Assembly: GCA_026395295.1 (NCBI GenBank)
Contig: JAPLYZ010000010.1
Location: 5,678-69,677 of the forward strand
Origin: Candidatus Staskawiczbacteria bacterium
GTDB taxonomy: Bacteria > Patescibacteriota > Minisyncoccia > Minisyncoccales > Staskawiczbacteraceae
Length of the DNA stretch: 64,000 nucleotides
Reading direction: 5' to 3'
Shown: one piece after another, positions 9,536-19,186 of the stretch
Position numbering within the stretch: the first letter of the stretch is position 1
Layout of the letters: each line of letters begins with the position of its first letter
Program-made: the position numbers and the translations under genes
The notes under the pieces: model-generated
Database searches by the model: none
The model's input: only the letters and a program-made list of their open reading frames with translations
What the model was told of the DNA's origin: nothing

Positions 9536-10513
9536 TTAGAATATTTTGATGTCTTTTCCTATTCCTCTTTTTAGAGCTTCTTGGTAAACCATTTCCGCGG
9601 TAAATAAATCTTGCAAGGCAAGCCCGGTTGAATCGAAAACAGTAATTTCGCTATCATTTTCCCGGCCGGTTTTAATGCCTGCCACAACCTCGCCCAAAGA
9701 ACCGTAAATATCATTTTTTGTAATAATTCCTTTGCTAACCGGCACATTTATTTCTCCCGAGTGCGAGGCTTGCGCCCAGTCGTCAACAATTATTTTAGCT
9801 CTTTTCAAAATAGTTGGGTCAAGCTCTTCTTTTCCTTCGGCATCAGCGCCAACTGCGTTTATGTGCGTGCCAGCTGCAACCCAGTCGCTTTTAACAATTG
9901 GTGAGCGCGAAGGCGTTGTTGTTGTCAGAATGTCCTGCTTTGAAACTTCTTCAATGCCGGCCTTACGTATTTTTATGTTTAGCTTGCTTAATTCGTTTGA
10001 AAGAACTTCAATGCTTTTTTCGTTTGTGTCGTAAACACAAATGTCCTGCAATTTAATTATGCTTGAGGTGGCGGCAATCTGAAAAAGTGATTGTCTGCCT
10101 GCTCCAACCACACCCAGCGTTTTTGCGCTTTTTTTCGCCAAATATTTTGAAGCAACTGCTCCCGCCGCGCCGGTTCTCATTCCTGTAATGTAGGTTCCGT
10201 CCATTAAAGCCAGTGGAGCGCCTGTTTTTGCATCGTTCAAAACAATTACCGCGCCCACTGTCGGCAAATTATTTTTAGGATTGTCGGGGTGAACGTTTAC
10301 AATTTTTGTTCCGGCCATTTTCAGTTCTTCAGAAAAACTTGGCATAACCCGCAAGTCGCCATTATCTTTTTTAAAATATAAATAGGTTTTTGGAGGCATA
10401 TCAACCTCGCCTTTTCCATATTTTAGAAAAGCATCTTCTACCCGGTCAACAACTTTTTTTATTTCGGTTAATGGAATAATTTGTTTTACTTCTTCCTGGC
10501 TTAAAATAAGCAT
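9536..10513 (-). CDS. Ornithine cyclodeaminase/mu-crystallin family protein (archaeal-type alanine dehydrogenase)
   Basis: GDLRVMP, KIVNVHPDNP, ITGMRTGAAGA, GAGRQ, INAVGAD, FDSTGLALQD. Confidence 0.88.
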   Translation of the reverse strand: MLILSQEEVKQIIPLTEIKKVVDRVEDAFLKYGKGEVDMPPKTYLYFKKDNGDLRVMPSFSEELKMAGTKIVNVHPDNPKNNLPTVGAVIVLNDAKTGAPLALMDGTYITGMRTGAAGAVASKYLAKKSAKTLGVVGAGRQSLFQIAATSSIIKLQDICVYDTNEKSIEVLSNELSKLNIKIRKAGIEEVSKQDILTTTTPSRSPIVKSDWVAAGTHINAVGADAEGKEELDPTILKRAKIIVDDWAQASHSGEINVPVSKGIITKNDIYGSLGEVVAGIKTGRENDSEITVFDSTGLALQDLFTAEMVYQEALKRGIGKDIKIF

Positions 10514-10581
10514 ATATTTTTTGTTTAATAATTTGAAAACAATTTTTATTGTACTCTTTTAAAATAATGTTATCAAGTAAA

Positions 10582-10610
10582 TTGCATTATAGGATTTTTT
10601 GGTGTAGTCT
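10582..10610 (+). promoter_or_regulatory. sigma70 promoter of purH
   Basis: TTGCAT-N17-TAGTCT. Confidence 0.5.
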
Positions 10611-10680
10611 AATTGGTAAGACGGCTTGAGGAGTACTCTTGCCCGAACTGTAACTTGAAAATTAGACAAATGAATAAAAT

Positions 10681-12429
10681 ATGAATCCAAAAGAAAAGTG
10701 GGCGTTGTTTTCGGTCTGGGACAAAACCGGCGTTGTGGACGATGCTAAGCGACTGGTGAAATTGGGCTGGAAGATTATCAGCTCCGGTGGCACAGCAAAA
10801 GTACTGGCTTCCGCAGGTGTTCCGGTCAAGGACGTTTCCGAACTGGTGGGCGGGGGAGCCATTCTTGGCCATCGGGTGGTTACGCTCTCTCGCGAAGTCC
10901 ACGCCGCTTTGCTGGCTGACGCACTGAAGCACGAAGACCTTGTCGAGCTGGTCTGCTTGGCAATTCCCTTTATTGACCTGGTGCGCTGCGATTTTTATCC
11001 TCTGCGCCAAGCTATTGCCGACCCAAATGCAAAAGTCGCTTCGGTGGTTGAACTGACTGACATCGGCGGACCCTGCATGGTGCGTTCTGGCGCCAAAGGC
11101 TTGCGCATTGTGGTTTGCCGGAAGCAAGACATGAAGCCGGTTCTGGAAGAACTGGAGGCGTGCGGTGATGTCTGCGTTGAAAACCGCCAAAGCCTTCGCG
11201 CTCGCGCCGAGTATGAGGTTGCTAAGTACGTTGCCGAATCGGCGATGTATCACGGCCAAGGCAGATTCAGGGTCATTGCAGGAGAAAAAGTTTGCCAGTT
11301 TAAGGGCGAAAATGGTCTGCAAACTCCGGCTGCTCTTTTCAGCGCTGAATCTGACGACCCGCTGGCGCTCAAGAATTTTGCGCTCATTACTGGCACTTCG
11401 CCAAGCTACAACAACTGGTGCGACTATGATCGGCTTCTGCAGACCATGACTCATCTGGCAGCAGCCTGGAAACTGAACTATGGCAAGGTTCCCTATATTG
11501 CTGTTGGAGCCAAGCATGGCAATCCATGCGGAGCCGCGATCGGCAATAGTCATCAACTTATTGTCCATGACATGGTGATTGGTGACAGTCGCGCCATCTT
11601 CGGCGGGGTTGTTATGACCAACTTTCCTGTCACAGGCTCAGTGGCTGTGGCAATGGCCGAGGCCATGACCGACAAAAAGGCGCGCTTCGATGGCGTTGTT
11701 GCTCCAAACTTCGACGCATATGCCATTCAGACCCTTTCTCGTGTGAAGGGAAAATGCCGACTCATGGTCAACCCTGCCCTCGAAGGCGAAGGTTCTGCGG
11801 TTTTGGATACTACCCCGCGGTTCCGCTATGCTCGCGGTGGATTTTTGGCTCAGCCCAACTGCACTTTCTTACTGGACTTCAACGACCCTGACATAAAGGT
11901 TTTCGGCCCGCGCAATCCGGCAGTGGAAGCTGACCTGCTAATTGCCTGGGCAATCGGCGCCACCTCAAACTCCAACACAATTACCATTGTGAAGGACGGA
12001 ATGCTCATCGGCAACGGAGTCGGTCAGCAAGATCGCATTATCGCGGCGAGGTTAGCCAGGGACCGGGCTCTCGATGCCGGCCATGGAAACCCAGTGGACC
12101 TGGTTGCTGTTGCTACAAAGGCAATTGGGGGACTATACGCTGGAAATCTGCCAGGTGTTTCTCCCAGTTTTAAGGAGGTCGCGAAAGTCGCGGTTGAAAG
12201 CGCCCTTGCTGCAATAACCAAGGACAGGCTTGAAGGCGCGGTTGCTTACAGCGACAGTTTCTTCCCATTCCCGGATGCTGCCGAGGTTTTGATTGACGCC
12301 GGTGTTAAAGCAATATTCAGCACCTCGGGAAGCATCAACGACGCGGCAATCCAGGAGCTGTGCGTGAAGCGCGGAGTTACGCTTTACCAGCTTCCGGACA
12401 CGAAAGCCCGCGGATTTTTCGGCCACTAA
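10681..12429 (+). CDS. purH: Bifunctional AICAR transformylase/IMP cyclohydrolase
   Basis: ALFSVWDKTG, SSGGT, DIGGP.MVRSGAK, SYNN..D, KHGNPCG, SDSFFPF.D, GSIND. Confidence 0.9.
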   Translation: MNPKEKWALFSVWDKTGVVDDAKRLVKLGWKIISSGGTAKVLASAGVPVKDVSELVGGGAILGHRVVTLSREVHAALLADALKHEDLVELVCLAIPFIDLVRCDFYPLRQAIADPNAKVASVVELTDIGGPCMVRSGAKGLRIVVCRKQDMKPVLEELEACGDVCVENRQSLRARAEYEVAKYVAESAMYHGQGRFRVIAGEKVCQFKGENGLQTPAALFSAESDDPLALKNFALITGTSPSYNNWCDYDRLLQTMTHLAAAWKLNYGKVPYIAVGAKHGNPCGAAIGNSHQLIVHDMVIGDSRAIFGGVVMTNFPVTGSVAVAMAEAMTDKKARFDGVVAPNFDAYAIQTLSRVKGKCRLMVNPALEGEGSAVLDTTPRFRYARGGFLAQPNCTFLLDFNDPDIKVFGPRNPAVEADLLIAWAIGATSNSNTITIVKDGMLIGNGVGQQDRIIAARLARDRALDAGHGNPVDLVAVATKAIGGLYAGNLPGVSPSFKEVAKVAVESALAAITKDRLEGAVAYSDSFFPFPDAAEVLIDAGVKAIFSTSGSINDAAIQELCVKRGVTLYQLPDTKARGFFGH

Positions 12430-12505
12430 AACCCAAAACAATTTGGGCACCCCAATGCAAAAATGCAGCGGGGTTATTTTTTTGAAACAAACCATTTTAC
12501 ACATA

Positions 12506-12534
12506 TTGACACGTATTAAAATTTAGAATATAAT
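12506..12534 (+). promoter_or_regulatory. Consensus sigma70 promoter of the marR-efflux operon, followed by possible MarR operator palindromes
   Basis: Perfect TTGACA-N17-TATAAT; TAGATAATCTA and CTAATAATTAG directly downstream. Confidence 0.75.
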
Positions 12535-12569
12535 AGATAATCTAATAATTAGGCAATCAAACTAATTTT

Positions 12570-12986
12570 ATGAATAACAATAACGAAGAAAAGCTATTAT
12601 CTGCCATATTCAATATAGGCAGATCAATTAGAGAAGAAATTCATACAAGCAACTGCCTGGTAAATTTTACGCAGGCGGAAATTGAAGTTTTAAAGTTTCT
12701 TCACAGCAGAAAAGACACAACAATGAAATCTGTGGCTGATTATTTGCATATAAAACCATCGTCAGCCACACCAATAATTGATAGCCTAGTCAAAAAAGGG
12801 GACATTAAAAGAATTCAGAAAAAGGGCGACAGAAGGGTGGTGTGCGTGGAGATAACTACAAAAGGAGCAGGAGTTTTGCAAAAAAAGTATAAAAAAATTC
12901 ACAAAACAATTAAAAAAGTTTTTGGAAAATTAAACGATAACGATAAAAAAACACTAATTAAAATTTTTGAAAAAATACATGTTTAA
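12570..12986 (+). CDS. MarR-family transcriptional regulator
   Basis: Winged HTH: TMKSVADYL....SATPIIDSLVKKG.I.R....DRR...V.IT.KG. Confidence 0.9.
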   Translation: MNNNNEEKLLSAIFNIGRSIREEIHTSNCLVNFTQAEIEVLKFLHSRKDTTMKSVADYLHIKPSSATPIIDSLVKKGDIKRIQKKGDRRVVCVEITTKGAGVLQKKYKKIHKTIKKVFGKLNDNDKKTLIKIFEKIHV

Positions 12987-14424
12987 AATATCAAAAAAAA
13001 TAATTGTGGGGGGAGTTGTAATAATAGCAGTTGCAATAGCTGTCATTTTGTATTTTGTTTTTACTCAAGGCGCGCCTGCAAAATTGTTATCGGTTGAGGT
13101 AAAAAATGGCGATATTACTGAAAAAATAAATTTAATTGGGCAGGTAAAAGCGTCGCAGGGAGTTGATTTGGCTTTTGAGTCTCAAGGAAAAATTGTTGCA
13201 AACTATGTGAAGGTTGGAGATAAAATAACGAAAGGGCAAGCCCTTCTGGCAATAGATGATTCTACATTGCAATCTCAGCTAAGGCAGGCGCAAGCTCAGC
13301 TTGATGTTTTAAACATAGATACCATTAAAAATAAATTAGACTCGGGCACACAAACTCTCTACTCTGGCAGCTTAAGCGGTGCTCAGAAATCTGCGACAAC
13401 AGCAAAAGACATTTTGCTGATAATTTCTGACATTCAATATAATCATTTTACAGCCCAGAACCAGCAAAATATTACTTTGCAGAGTGTGAAAGAAAAAGCA
13501 GTTTACTCTTTACTGGGTCAGCATGGCGCAGGATTGTGGAATTCTCAGGCGATTGGACAACTAAACGGCGGAGCATTTGGTTTGGTTGAAAACGCTGTTA
13601 ACAATCCTACACCAGACAATATAGACTCTGCGCTTTCGACCTTAAAGCTGTCCTTGCAGGATGTTAATAGCTTAATTGATGAAACACCAATAGACCCCGC
13701 CCTTACTTCCGTTGAGAGAACCGCTATCAGCCTGGCGAAAATAAATATAAATACAGAGATAATCACCACTTCGGCGAATATACAGGCAATTGCCGGTCTT
13801 AAAGTAAACAATTTGGCAACAATAGCAACGGCCAACGCGCAAACAGAATCTGCAAAGGCAAACATAGACGTAATAAAAACGCAGATATCAAAAACAGTAA
13901 TTAGGGCTCCGTTCAGCGGTCAGGTTGATAAAGATAACGCAGTTGTAGGTCAAATTGTTTCGGCAAACACGCCAGTAGCAACTATCTCTAACAACAATTT
14001 AGAAATAGACTTTTACATGCCGGAAATTGATTTGTCGGGCGCTAGAGCGGGGAGTAAAGCAAACGTAACATTAGATGCCTTTGGCAATCAAGTTGTTTTT
14101 CCGGCAACCATATTCTCTGTTGATTTATCTCCAACAATTGTGGGCGGATCATCTGTCTATGGAGCTAAATTGAAATTTGACGCGTCAGACAATAGAATAA
14201 ATCCCGGCATGACGGCCAATATAACAATATCTTCCGACACCCATTCAAACGTTTTAATAGTTCCCAGATCAGCTGTTGTGCAAAACAATAATAAATATTT
14301 TGTGATTGTGGAAAAAGGAAATTCGCAAAAAGAAACAAGAGAGGTTGCAGTTGGTTTGCGCGACAATAAAAATGTCGAAATTACTTTAGGATTAAAATTA
14401 GGAGAAAAAGTATTAGCATACTAA
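12979..14424 (+). CDS. Efflux periplasmic adaptor (HlyD family)
   Basis: VKVGDKI.KGQ.L, IRAPFSG, INPGMTA, VPRSAV. Confidence 0.85.
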   Translation: MFKISKKIIVGGVVIIAVAIAVILYFVFTQGAPAKLLSVEVKNGDITEKINLIGQVKASQGVDLAFESQGKIVANYVKVGDKITKGQALLAIDDSTLQSQLRQAQAQLDVLNIDTIKNKLDSGTQTLYSGSLSGAQKSATTAKDILLIISDIQYNHFTAQNQQNITLQSVKEKAVYSLLGQHGAGLWNSQAIGQLNGGAFGLVENAVNNPTPDNIDSALSTLKLSLQDVNSLIDETPIDPALTSVERTAISLAKININTEIITTSANIQAIAGLKVNNLATIATANAQTESAKANIDVIKTQISKTVIRAPFSGQVDKDNAVVGQIVSANTPVATISNNNLEIDFYMPEIDLSGARAGSKANVTLDAFGNQVVFPATIFSVDLSPTIVGGSSVYGAKLKFDASDNRINPGMTANITISSDTHSNVLIVPRSAVVQNNNKYFVIVEKGNSQKETREVAVGLRDNKNVEITLGLKLGEKVLAY

Positions 14425-14430
14425 AAAAAT

Positions 14431-15039
14431 ATGGGAAAAAATAAAATAATAATATTGGTCGCGGTTATTTTGGTAGTTTTAGGAAGCATAGTTGGGTTTA
14501 TATATTGGAATACAACTTCGGGCAGGGTTTACGTGGAAAACTCCGCAGTATCTGCTCCGGTAATTAATTTGTCTCCAACTGTTGGCGGAGTTCTTCAGGA
14601 AGTTTTTGTTAATGTAGGAGACCAAGTGCAAACATCAGCGCCCATCGCCAGAATTGGGAATGAATTAATAAAAGCAAAATCGTCCGGTCAAATTTTATCT
14701 ATAGATATAAATATAGGCGATAACTTTGGCGCCAATCAAACAGTTGCCACCATGATAAATCCCGATGATTTAAGAATTGTCGGCCAGGTGCAGGAAGACA
14801 AAGGCTTAAAAGATATAAAAGTAGGGCAGACTGCCATTTTTACCGTTGATGCTTTTGGTTCCAAGCAATATTCTGGAATTGTTGACCAAATAAGCCCCAC
14901 ATCAAATGCCGGAGACATTGTTTTTAACATATCCAATACCAGGCAAGAAAACGATTTTGATGTGAAAGTGCGATTTAACGTGAGCCAATTCCCGGAATTA
15001 AAAAATGGCATGTCAGCTAAACTTTGGATTTATAAATAA
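14431..15039 (+). CDS. Short HlyD/EmrA-like adaptor lacking the alpha-hairpin
   Basis: N-terminal TM, lipoyl halves joined directly, IKVGQ...FTVDAF, LKNGMSA. Confidence 0.75.
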   Translation: MGKNKIIILVAVILVVLGSIVGFIYWNTTSGRVYVENSAVSAPVINLSPTVGGVLQEVFVNVGDQVQTSAPIARIGNELIKAKSSGQILSIDINIGDNFGANQTVATMINPDDLRIVGQVQEDKGLKDIKVGQTAIFTVDAFGSKQYSGIVDQISPTSNAGDIVFNISNTRQENDFDVKVRFNVSQFPELKNGMSAKLWIYK

Positions 15040-15051
15040 TTCAAGGAAATA

Positions 15052-16548
15052 ATGGAAGAAACACACAAAAATTTTAAATGGCTGGTGTTGCTGACGGTTA
15101 TTGTAGGAACTTTTTTAGGCAGATTAGACCAGACAATTGTTAATTTGGCTCTGCCAAAAATAATTACCGATTTTAGAATTACTGTCACTTCCGCCAGCTG
15201 GATCGCAACCGCGTATATTTTAGCTAACGCGGTTTTTGTTCCCATATGGGGAAAATTAGGAGATACCATTGGAAGAAAAAAAGTTTACATCTGGGGGTTT
15301 ACAATTTTTATTTTTGGTTCGGCTCTCGCCGGATTTTCTTGGGACTTGAGCTCTATGATTGTTTTCAGAATTATTCAGGCAATTGCCAGCTCAGCCGATT
15401 ATCCGACAGCTATGGCCATATTGGCCGTAACGTTCAGCCACGGAAAAGAAAGAGCGCAGGCTCTTGGCCTGTGGTCTGTTTCTTTTGCCGCAGCCTCGGT
15501 CTTCGGTCCGCTAATTGGAGGACCTATGATTGATATTTTCGGCTGGCGGTCTATATTTTTGCTGAACATACCAATTGGAATTATAGGAACCATTATGGCA
15601 TTTATTTTTGTGAGAGAGTCAGTTTCTGAACGCAAGACCATGCATTTTGATTGGTGGGGAGCCATTACTCTTGGAATTGCGCTTTCAGCCTTAGTTTTAG
15701 TTCTTGATCAGGGAAGCATCTGGGGCTGGTATTCTTCGGTTAGCGCAATTTGTTATGTTGTCACGATTTTATTTACTGCCATATTTATATTTATAGAATC
15801 AAAATCAGAAGATCCAATCGTTGACCTTAAATTTTTCAAGAATAGCGTTTTCGTTAACACTATTGTAAATAACTTCGTAGTTTTTATGGCGTTAATGGGG
15901 GCGGTGTTTTTAATTCCCATTTTCGTTGAAACTTACTTAGGGTACGATGCCACAAAAACCGGCTACATATTTATTCCCATGGCATTTTTTATGGTGATAT
16001 CCTCGGCAATTGGAGGAAACCTGACCGGAAAAATCCAGCCAAAATACATTATATTTGCCAGCACTTTCATAGCCGCCGTTGGAGTATATATGTTTTCATA
16101 TTTAGATCCAAGGTCAGGAATTCTGGATGTAATTATTCCTCTTTCAATTATGGCTTTTGGTTTAGGTTTTGGAATGTCTCAACGTACCAATGTTATCACG
16201 GTGGTGGTTCCGGTTGAGGAAATGGGAATTGCTTCTTCAGTGCTGGCGCTGGGAAGAAACATAGCCGGAGCGTTTGGAATTGCAATTTTTGGAACAATTT
16301 TAACAGACGCAACTAAGACCAATGTTTTAAATACCGCTTACCATAGCATTATAAAAATTACCGACCCGGCAGTTTATCAACAGGCAGTTGAACTTATAAT
16401 TTTAAAGGCGCAAATAGATGCCTACAAGCCGGTTTTTATCACAGCCTCTATTGTATTGCTTGTCGGAGCGTTCTTGGCGTTATTTATAGACGTTTCAAAA
16501 GAAAGAATGCAACACGGCCATAAAGCAGAAGATTTTGTTGAAGTTTAA
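15052..16548 (+). CDS. DHA2-family MFS efflux pump (EmrB/QacA)
   Basis: LDQTIVNLALP, GKLGDTIGRKK, WRSIFLLNIPIG, about 14 TM. Confidence 0.92.
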   Translation: MEETHKNFKWLVLLTVIVGTFLGRLDQTIVNLALPKIITDFRITVTSASWIATAYILANAVFVPIWGKLGDTIGRKKVYIWGFTIFIFGSALAGFSWDLSSMIVFRIIQAIASSADYPTAMAILAVTFSHGKERAQALGLWSVSFAAASVFGPLIGGPMIDIFGWRSIFLLNIPIGIIGTIMAFIFVRESVSERKTMHFDWWGAITLGIALSALVLVLDQGSIWGWYSSVSAICYVVTILFTAIFIFIESKSEDPIVDLKFFKNSVFVNTIVNNFVVFMALMGAVFLIPIFVETYLGYDATKTGYIFIPMAFFMVISSAIGGNLTGKIQPKYIIFASTFIAAVGVYMFSYLDPRSGILDVIIPLSIMAFGLGFGMSQRTNVITVVVPVEEMGIASSVLALGRNIAGAFGIAIFGTILTDATKTNVLNTAYHSIIKITDPAVYQQAVELIILKAQIDAYKPVFITASIVLLVGAFLALFIDVSKERMQHGHKAEDFVEV

Positions 16549-16594
16549 GTCAGATGTGGTATAATAAATACATTATTATTAATCAAATAAATTT

Positions 16595-16855
16595 ATGTTT
16601 ATAGCAATTTTATTTGTAGCAATAGGTTTAGCAATATTATTAAACACCTTAGGAATAATGAACGTAACTTTCTGGGGATTTTTCTGGGGTCTTTTCTTCT
16701 TGGCGGTTGGATTTAAAATGATGATGAAAAGAGGCAATTGTCCAATTTGCGGATGGGGGATGTTCCAAGGCAGGATGCATGATAAAATTCACGAAAAAAT
16801 GAGCGGACGCTGTTGCAACTGCAGTTGCGAGAACGACTCTGCCGAAAATAAGTAA
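16595..16855 (+). CDS. Small membrane protein with Cys/His-rich tail
   Basis: 2 TM then CPIC...H...H...CCNCSC; upstream TGgTATAAT. Confidence 0.6.
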   Translation: MFIAILFVAIGLAILLNTLGIMNVTFWGFFWGLFFLAVGFKMMMKRGNCPICGWGMFQGRMHDKIHEKMSGRCCNCSCENDSAENK

Positions 16856-16860
16856 TTAGT

Positions 16861-16889
16861 AAAATTGGGAGGTCCGACCTCCCAATTTT
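16861..16889. repeat. Palindrome/terminator containing the GAGGTCCGAC core
   Basis: AAAATTGGGAGGTC-C-GACCTCCCAATTTT; same core as the MFS insert at 18024. Confidence 0.7.
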
Positions 16890-16897
16890 TTTAAACC

Positions 16898-17464
16898 ATG
16901 GGAATATTTACCGAAGATTATAGCATGGAAATTATTGTGTTGGGTGGAGGCTGTTTTTGGTGTACCGAAGCAATTTTTAAAATGTTAAAAGGAATTATTT
17001 CAGTTGAGCCGGGCTATGCAGGAGGAAACAAGGAAAACCCAACCTATGAAGAAGTTTTGGCAGGAAACACCGGGCACGCTGAAGTTGTCAGGGTCACATA
17101 CGACCCAAAAATTATTTCATTCAACCAAATTTTAACTGTTTTTTTCGCAACGCACGACCCTACAACATTGAATAAGCAAGGTAACGATGTGGGCGAGCAA
17201 TATAGATCAATAATTTTATGCGCAACCAAGAAACAAAGAGTTGATGCAAGGAAGTTTATTGAAGAGTTGAATAATTCAAGCCGGCTTGGAAGACGTATTG
17301 TGACACATGTGTCGCTTTTAGACATTTTTTATCCAGCCGAAGAAGAGCACAAGGATTATTTAAAAAAGCATCCCGATCAAGCTTATTGCAGGGTTACCAT
17401 AAATCCGAAGCTGGGCAAAGTCAAACAAAAATTCAAGGAATTACTAGAAAACATAAATGAATAA
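16898..17464 (+). CDS. msrA: Peptide methionine sulfoxide reductase MsrA
   Basis: GGGCFWCTEA, GHAEVV, HDPT.LN.QGNDVGEQYRS, AEEEH.DY. Confidence 0.95.
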   Translation: MGIFTEDYSMEIIVLGGGCFWCTEAIFKMLKGIISVEPGYAGGNKENPTYEEVLAGNTGHAEVVRVTYDPKIISFNQILTVFFATHDPTTLNKQGNDVGEQYRSIILCATKKQRVDARKFIEELNNSSRLGRRIVTHVSLLDIFYPAEEEHKDYLKKHPDQAYCRVTINPKLGKVKQKFKELLENINE

Positions 17465-18656
17465 AAGAAACATCTGGTATGTGGGGCTTTTGAGTTTTTT
17501 TGGCGGAATATCGCAAGATATTTTTTCGCCGATTTTACCTATTTATTTAACTTCTATACTGGGTTTCGACAAAACTATTGTCGGAGTTGCAGAAGGAATT
17601 GTCGCTGCCAGCGCTCAAATTTTCAAGATAGTCGCCGGGTTTTTATCAGACAAGTTTAAACAGCAAAAGCCAATAATTTTTTTGGGATATTTTTTATCAA
17701 TGCTGGGCAGAGTTTTGCTGGTTTTTTTTACATCAGTCGGATCGGTCGTAGGGTTGCGACTGCTTGATGGAGCGGGGAAGGGAATTAAAGACCCTCCAAA
17801 AGACGTTTTAGTGGCGGGCTCTTCGGGAAAAGAAACTCGCGGAAGAAGTTTCGGCATAGCCAGAATGTTAGATACCTTGGGTTCTGTTGCAGGGCCTTTG
17901 ATTTTATTTTTCCTTCTATGGATTTTTCAAAACTCCAATGCCCTGTATCATAAAATTTTGCTTTTTTCCGCGGTTCCTCTAATTATTACCCTTTTGCTGA
18001 TATTTAAGTTAAAAGAATTGCCCGAGGTCCGACATCCTAAGCCCGCCGGAGCGGGCGAAACTGCGGTTTTAAGTTCGAGGGATGTCGGACCTCTTCCGAC
18101 TTCATTTTATATTTTTATTGCAATTGTAATTCTATTCACTCTGGGTAACTCTTCGGATGCGTTTCTAATTTTACGGGCAAAAAATCTTGGCATAACTTTG
18201 CTGGAAATTCCATTGGTTATTGCGCTTTTTAATTTTATTTACGCTTTGGCAGCAGTCCCATTTGGCAGTTTATCAGACAAAATCGGCAGGATTCCAACTT
18301 TAATTATCGGCTGGTCAGCTTATGCCGTGGTTTATCTGGGTTTTGCCTTGGTATCGCACGCATTTTTCATTTGGTTCTTGTATGGATTTTATGGAATTTA
18401 TTACGCCACAAGCGAAGGTGTTTCAAGAGCGTTGTTAGCCGACATTGTAGAACCCGGACACAGAGGCAGAGCATTTGGCATCTACGGAATGGCTGTTGGT
18501 TTAACAACTTTGCCGGCAAGCTTTTTAGCAGGGTTTCTTTGGGATAAATTTGGCGCCTCGGTTCCGTTTTATTTTGGAGCCATAATGTCTGGCATCGCAG
18601 TTATACTTTTGTTTGTATTTTCAAAAAAATTCTTGCCTAAACGCATTAGCACTTGA
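17457..18656 (+). CDS. MFS transporter with a palindromic insert in the central loop
   Basis: 12 TM, G.LSDK motifs in both halves. Confidence 0.88.
   Translation: MNKRNIWYVGLLSFFGGISQDIFSPILPIYLTSILGFDKTIVGVAEGIVAASAQIFKIVAGFLSDKFKQQKPIIFLGYFLSMLGRVLLVFFTSVGSVVGLRLLDGAGKGIKDPPKDVLVAGSSGKETRGRSFGIARMLDTLGSVAGPLILFFLLWIFQNSNALYHKILLFSAVPLIITLLLIFKLKELPEVRHPKPAGAGETAVLSSRDVGPLPTSFYIFIAIVILFTLGNSSDAFLILRAKNLGITLLEIPLVIALFNFIYALAAVPFGSLSDKIGRIPTLIIGWSAYAVVYLGFALVSHAFFIWFLYGFYGIYYATSEGVSRALLADIVEPGHRGRAFGIYGMAVGLTTLPASFLAGFLWDKFGASVPFYFGAIMSGIAVILLFVFSKKFLPKRIST
18024..18093. repeat. In-frame branched palindrome in the MFS gene
   Basis: GAGGTCCGACATCC...GGATGTCGGACCTC (perfect 14-bp arms) with inner GCCCGC-cgga-GCGGGC. 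Confidence 0.85.
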
Positions 18657-18672
18657 CACGGGCGAGTGATAA
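18646..18672 (+). promoter_or_regulatory. CIRCE operator overlapping the -35 of the hrcA promoter
   Basis: TTAGCACTt-N9-GAGTGaTAA; TTGACA(18653)-N17-TAAAAT(18676). Confidence 0.9.
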
Positions 18673-18690
18673 GAGTAAAATGGACTTATT

Positions 18691-19185
18691 ATGATTTCTG
18701 AAAGGCAAGAAAAATTATTAAACTTTTTAATTAAAGAGTACATAGCCACAAATGAACCTGTTGGTTCTTTGTCGTTAAAAAAAGCAAGCGATTTAGATGT
18801 TTCAGCGGCAACAATAAGAAACGATTTGCAGGCTTTGACAGAAGCAGGGTATATTAAACAGCCTCACACGTCAGCAGGCAGAGTTCCTACAAAAAAAGCA
18901 TACAAATATATTGCCGATAAAATAACAATGTCCGAGACATTTTACGACGTTCGCGAAGTGAATGTCGTAAGAATGTCCATTGTGCGACAAATCAAAGAGG
19001 CTCATCAGCAACTTGAACAGGAAATGCAATCTTTAATGGAAATTTCAGGAATGCTGGAAATTTCTCACACAACCGAAAGCCACACTTTATTTAGGGCTTT
19101 AACAATTTTAGGACCCACAAGAGAAATTTGCGAAGACAACGAAGACATTATACAAAAATTATTAAAAGAATTAGAAAATTTTTAA
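18691..19185 (+). CDS. hrcA: Heat-inducible repressor HrcA, truncated form
   Basis: EYIAT.EPVGS, SAATIRNDL..L...GYI.QPHTSAGRVPT. Confidence 0.9.
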   Translation: MISERQEKLLNFLIKEYIATNEPVGSLSLKKASDLDVSAATIRNDLQALTEAGYIKQPHTSAGRVPTKKAYKYIADKITMSETFYDVREVNVVRMSIVRQIKEAHQQLEQEMQSLMEISGMLEISHTTESHTLFRALTILGPTREICEDNEDIIQKLLKELENF

Positions 19186-19186
19186 C

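Noticed and set aside
10601..10650. tRNA-like D arm (GGTGTAGTCTAATTGGTAAGAC) or ZTP riboswitch upstream of purH
   Set aside because: There is no anticodon arm, T arm or acceptor partner. The segment overlaps the -10 box, and ZTP riboswitch consensus elements are not seen.
10609..11568. 319-aa minus-strand ORF
   Set aside because: Shadow ORF of the GC-rich purH with no recognisable motifs.
18691..19185. hrcA pseudogene
   Set aside because: The frame is open, the HTH and CIRCE are intact, and it is coupled to grpE; a short functional form is more likely.
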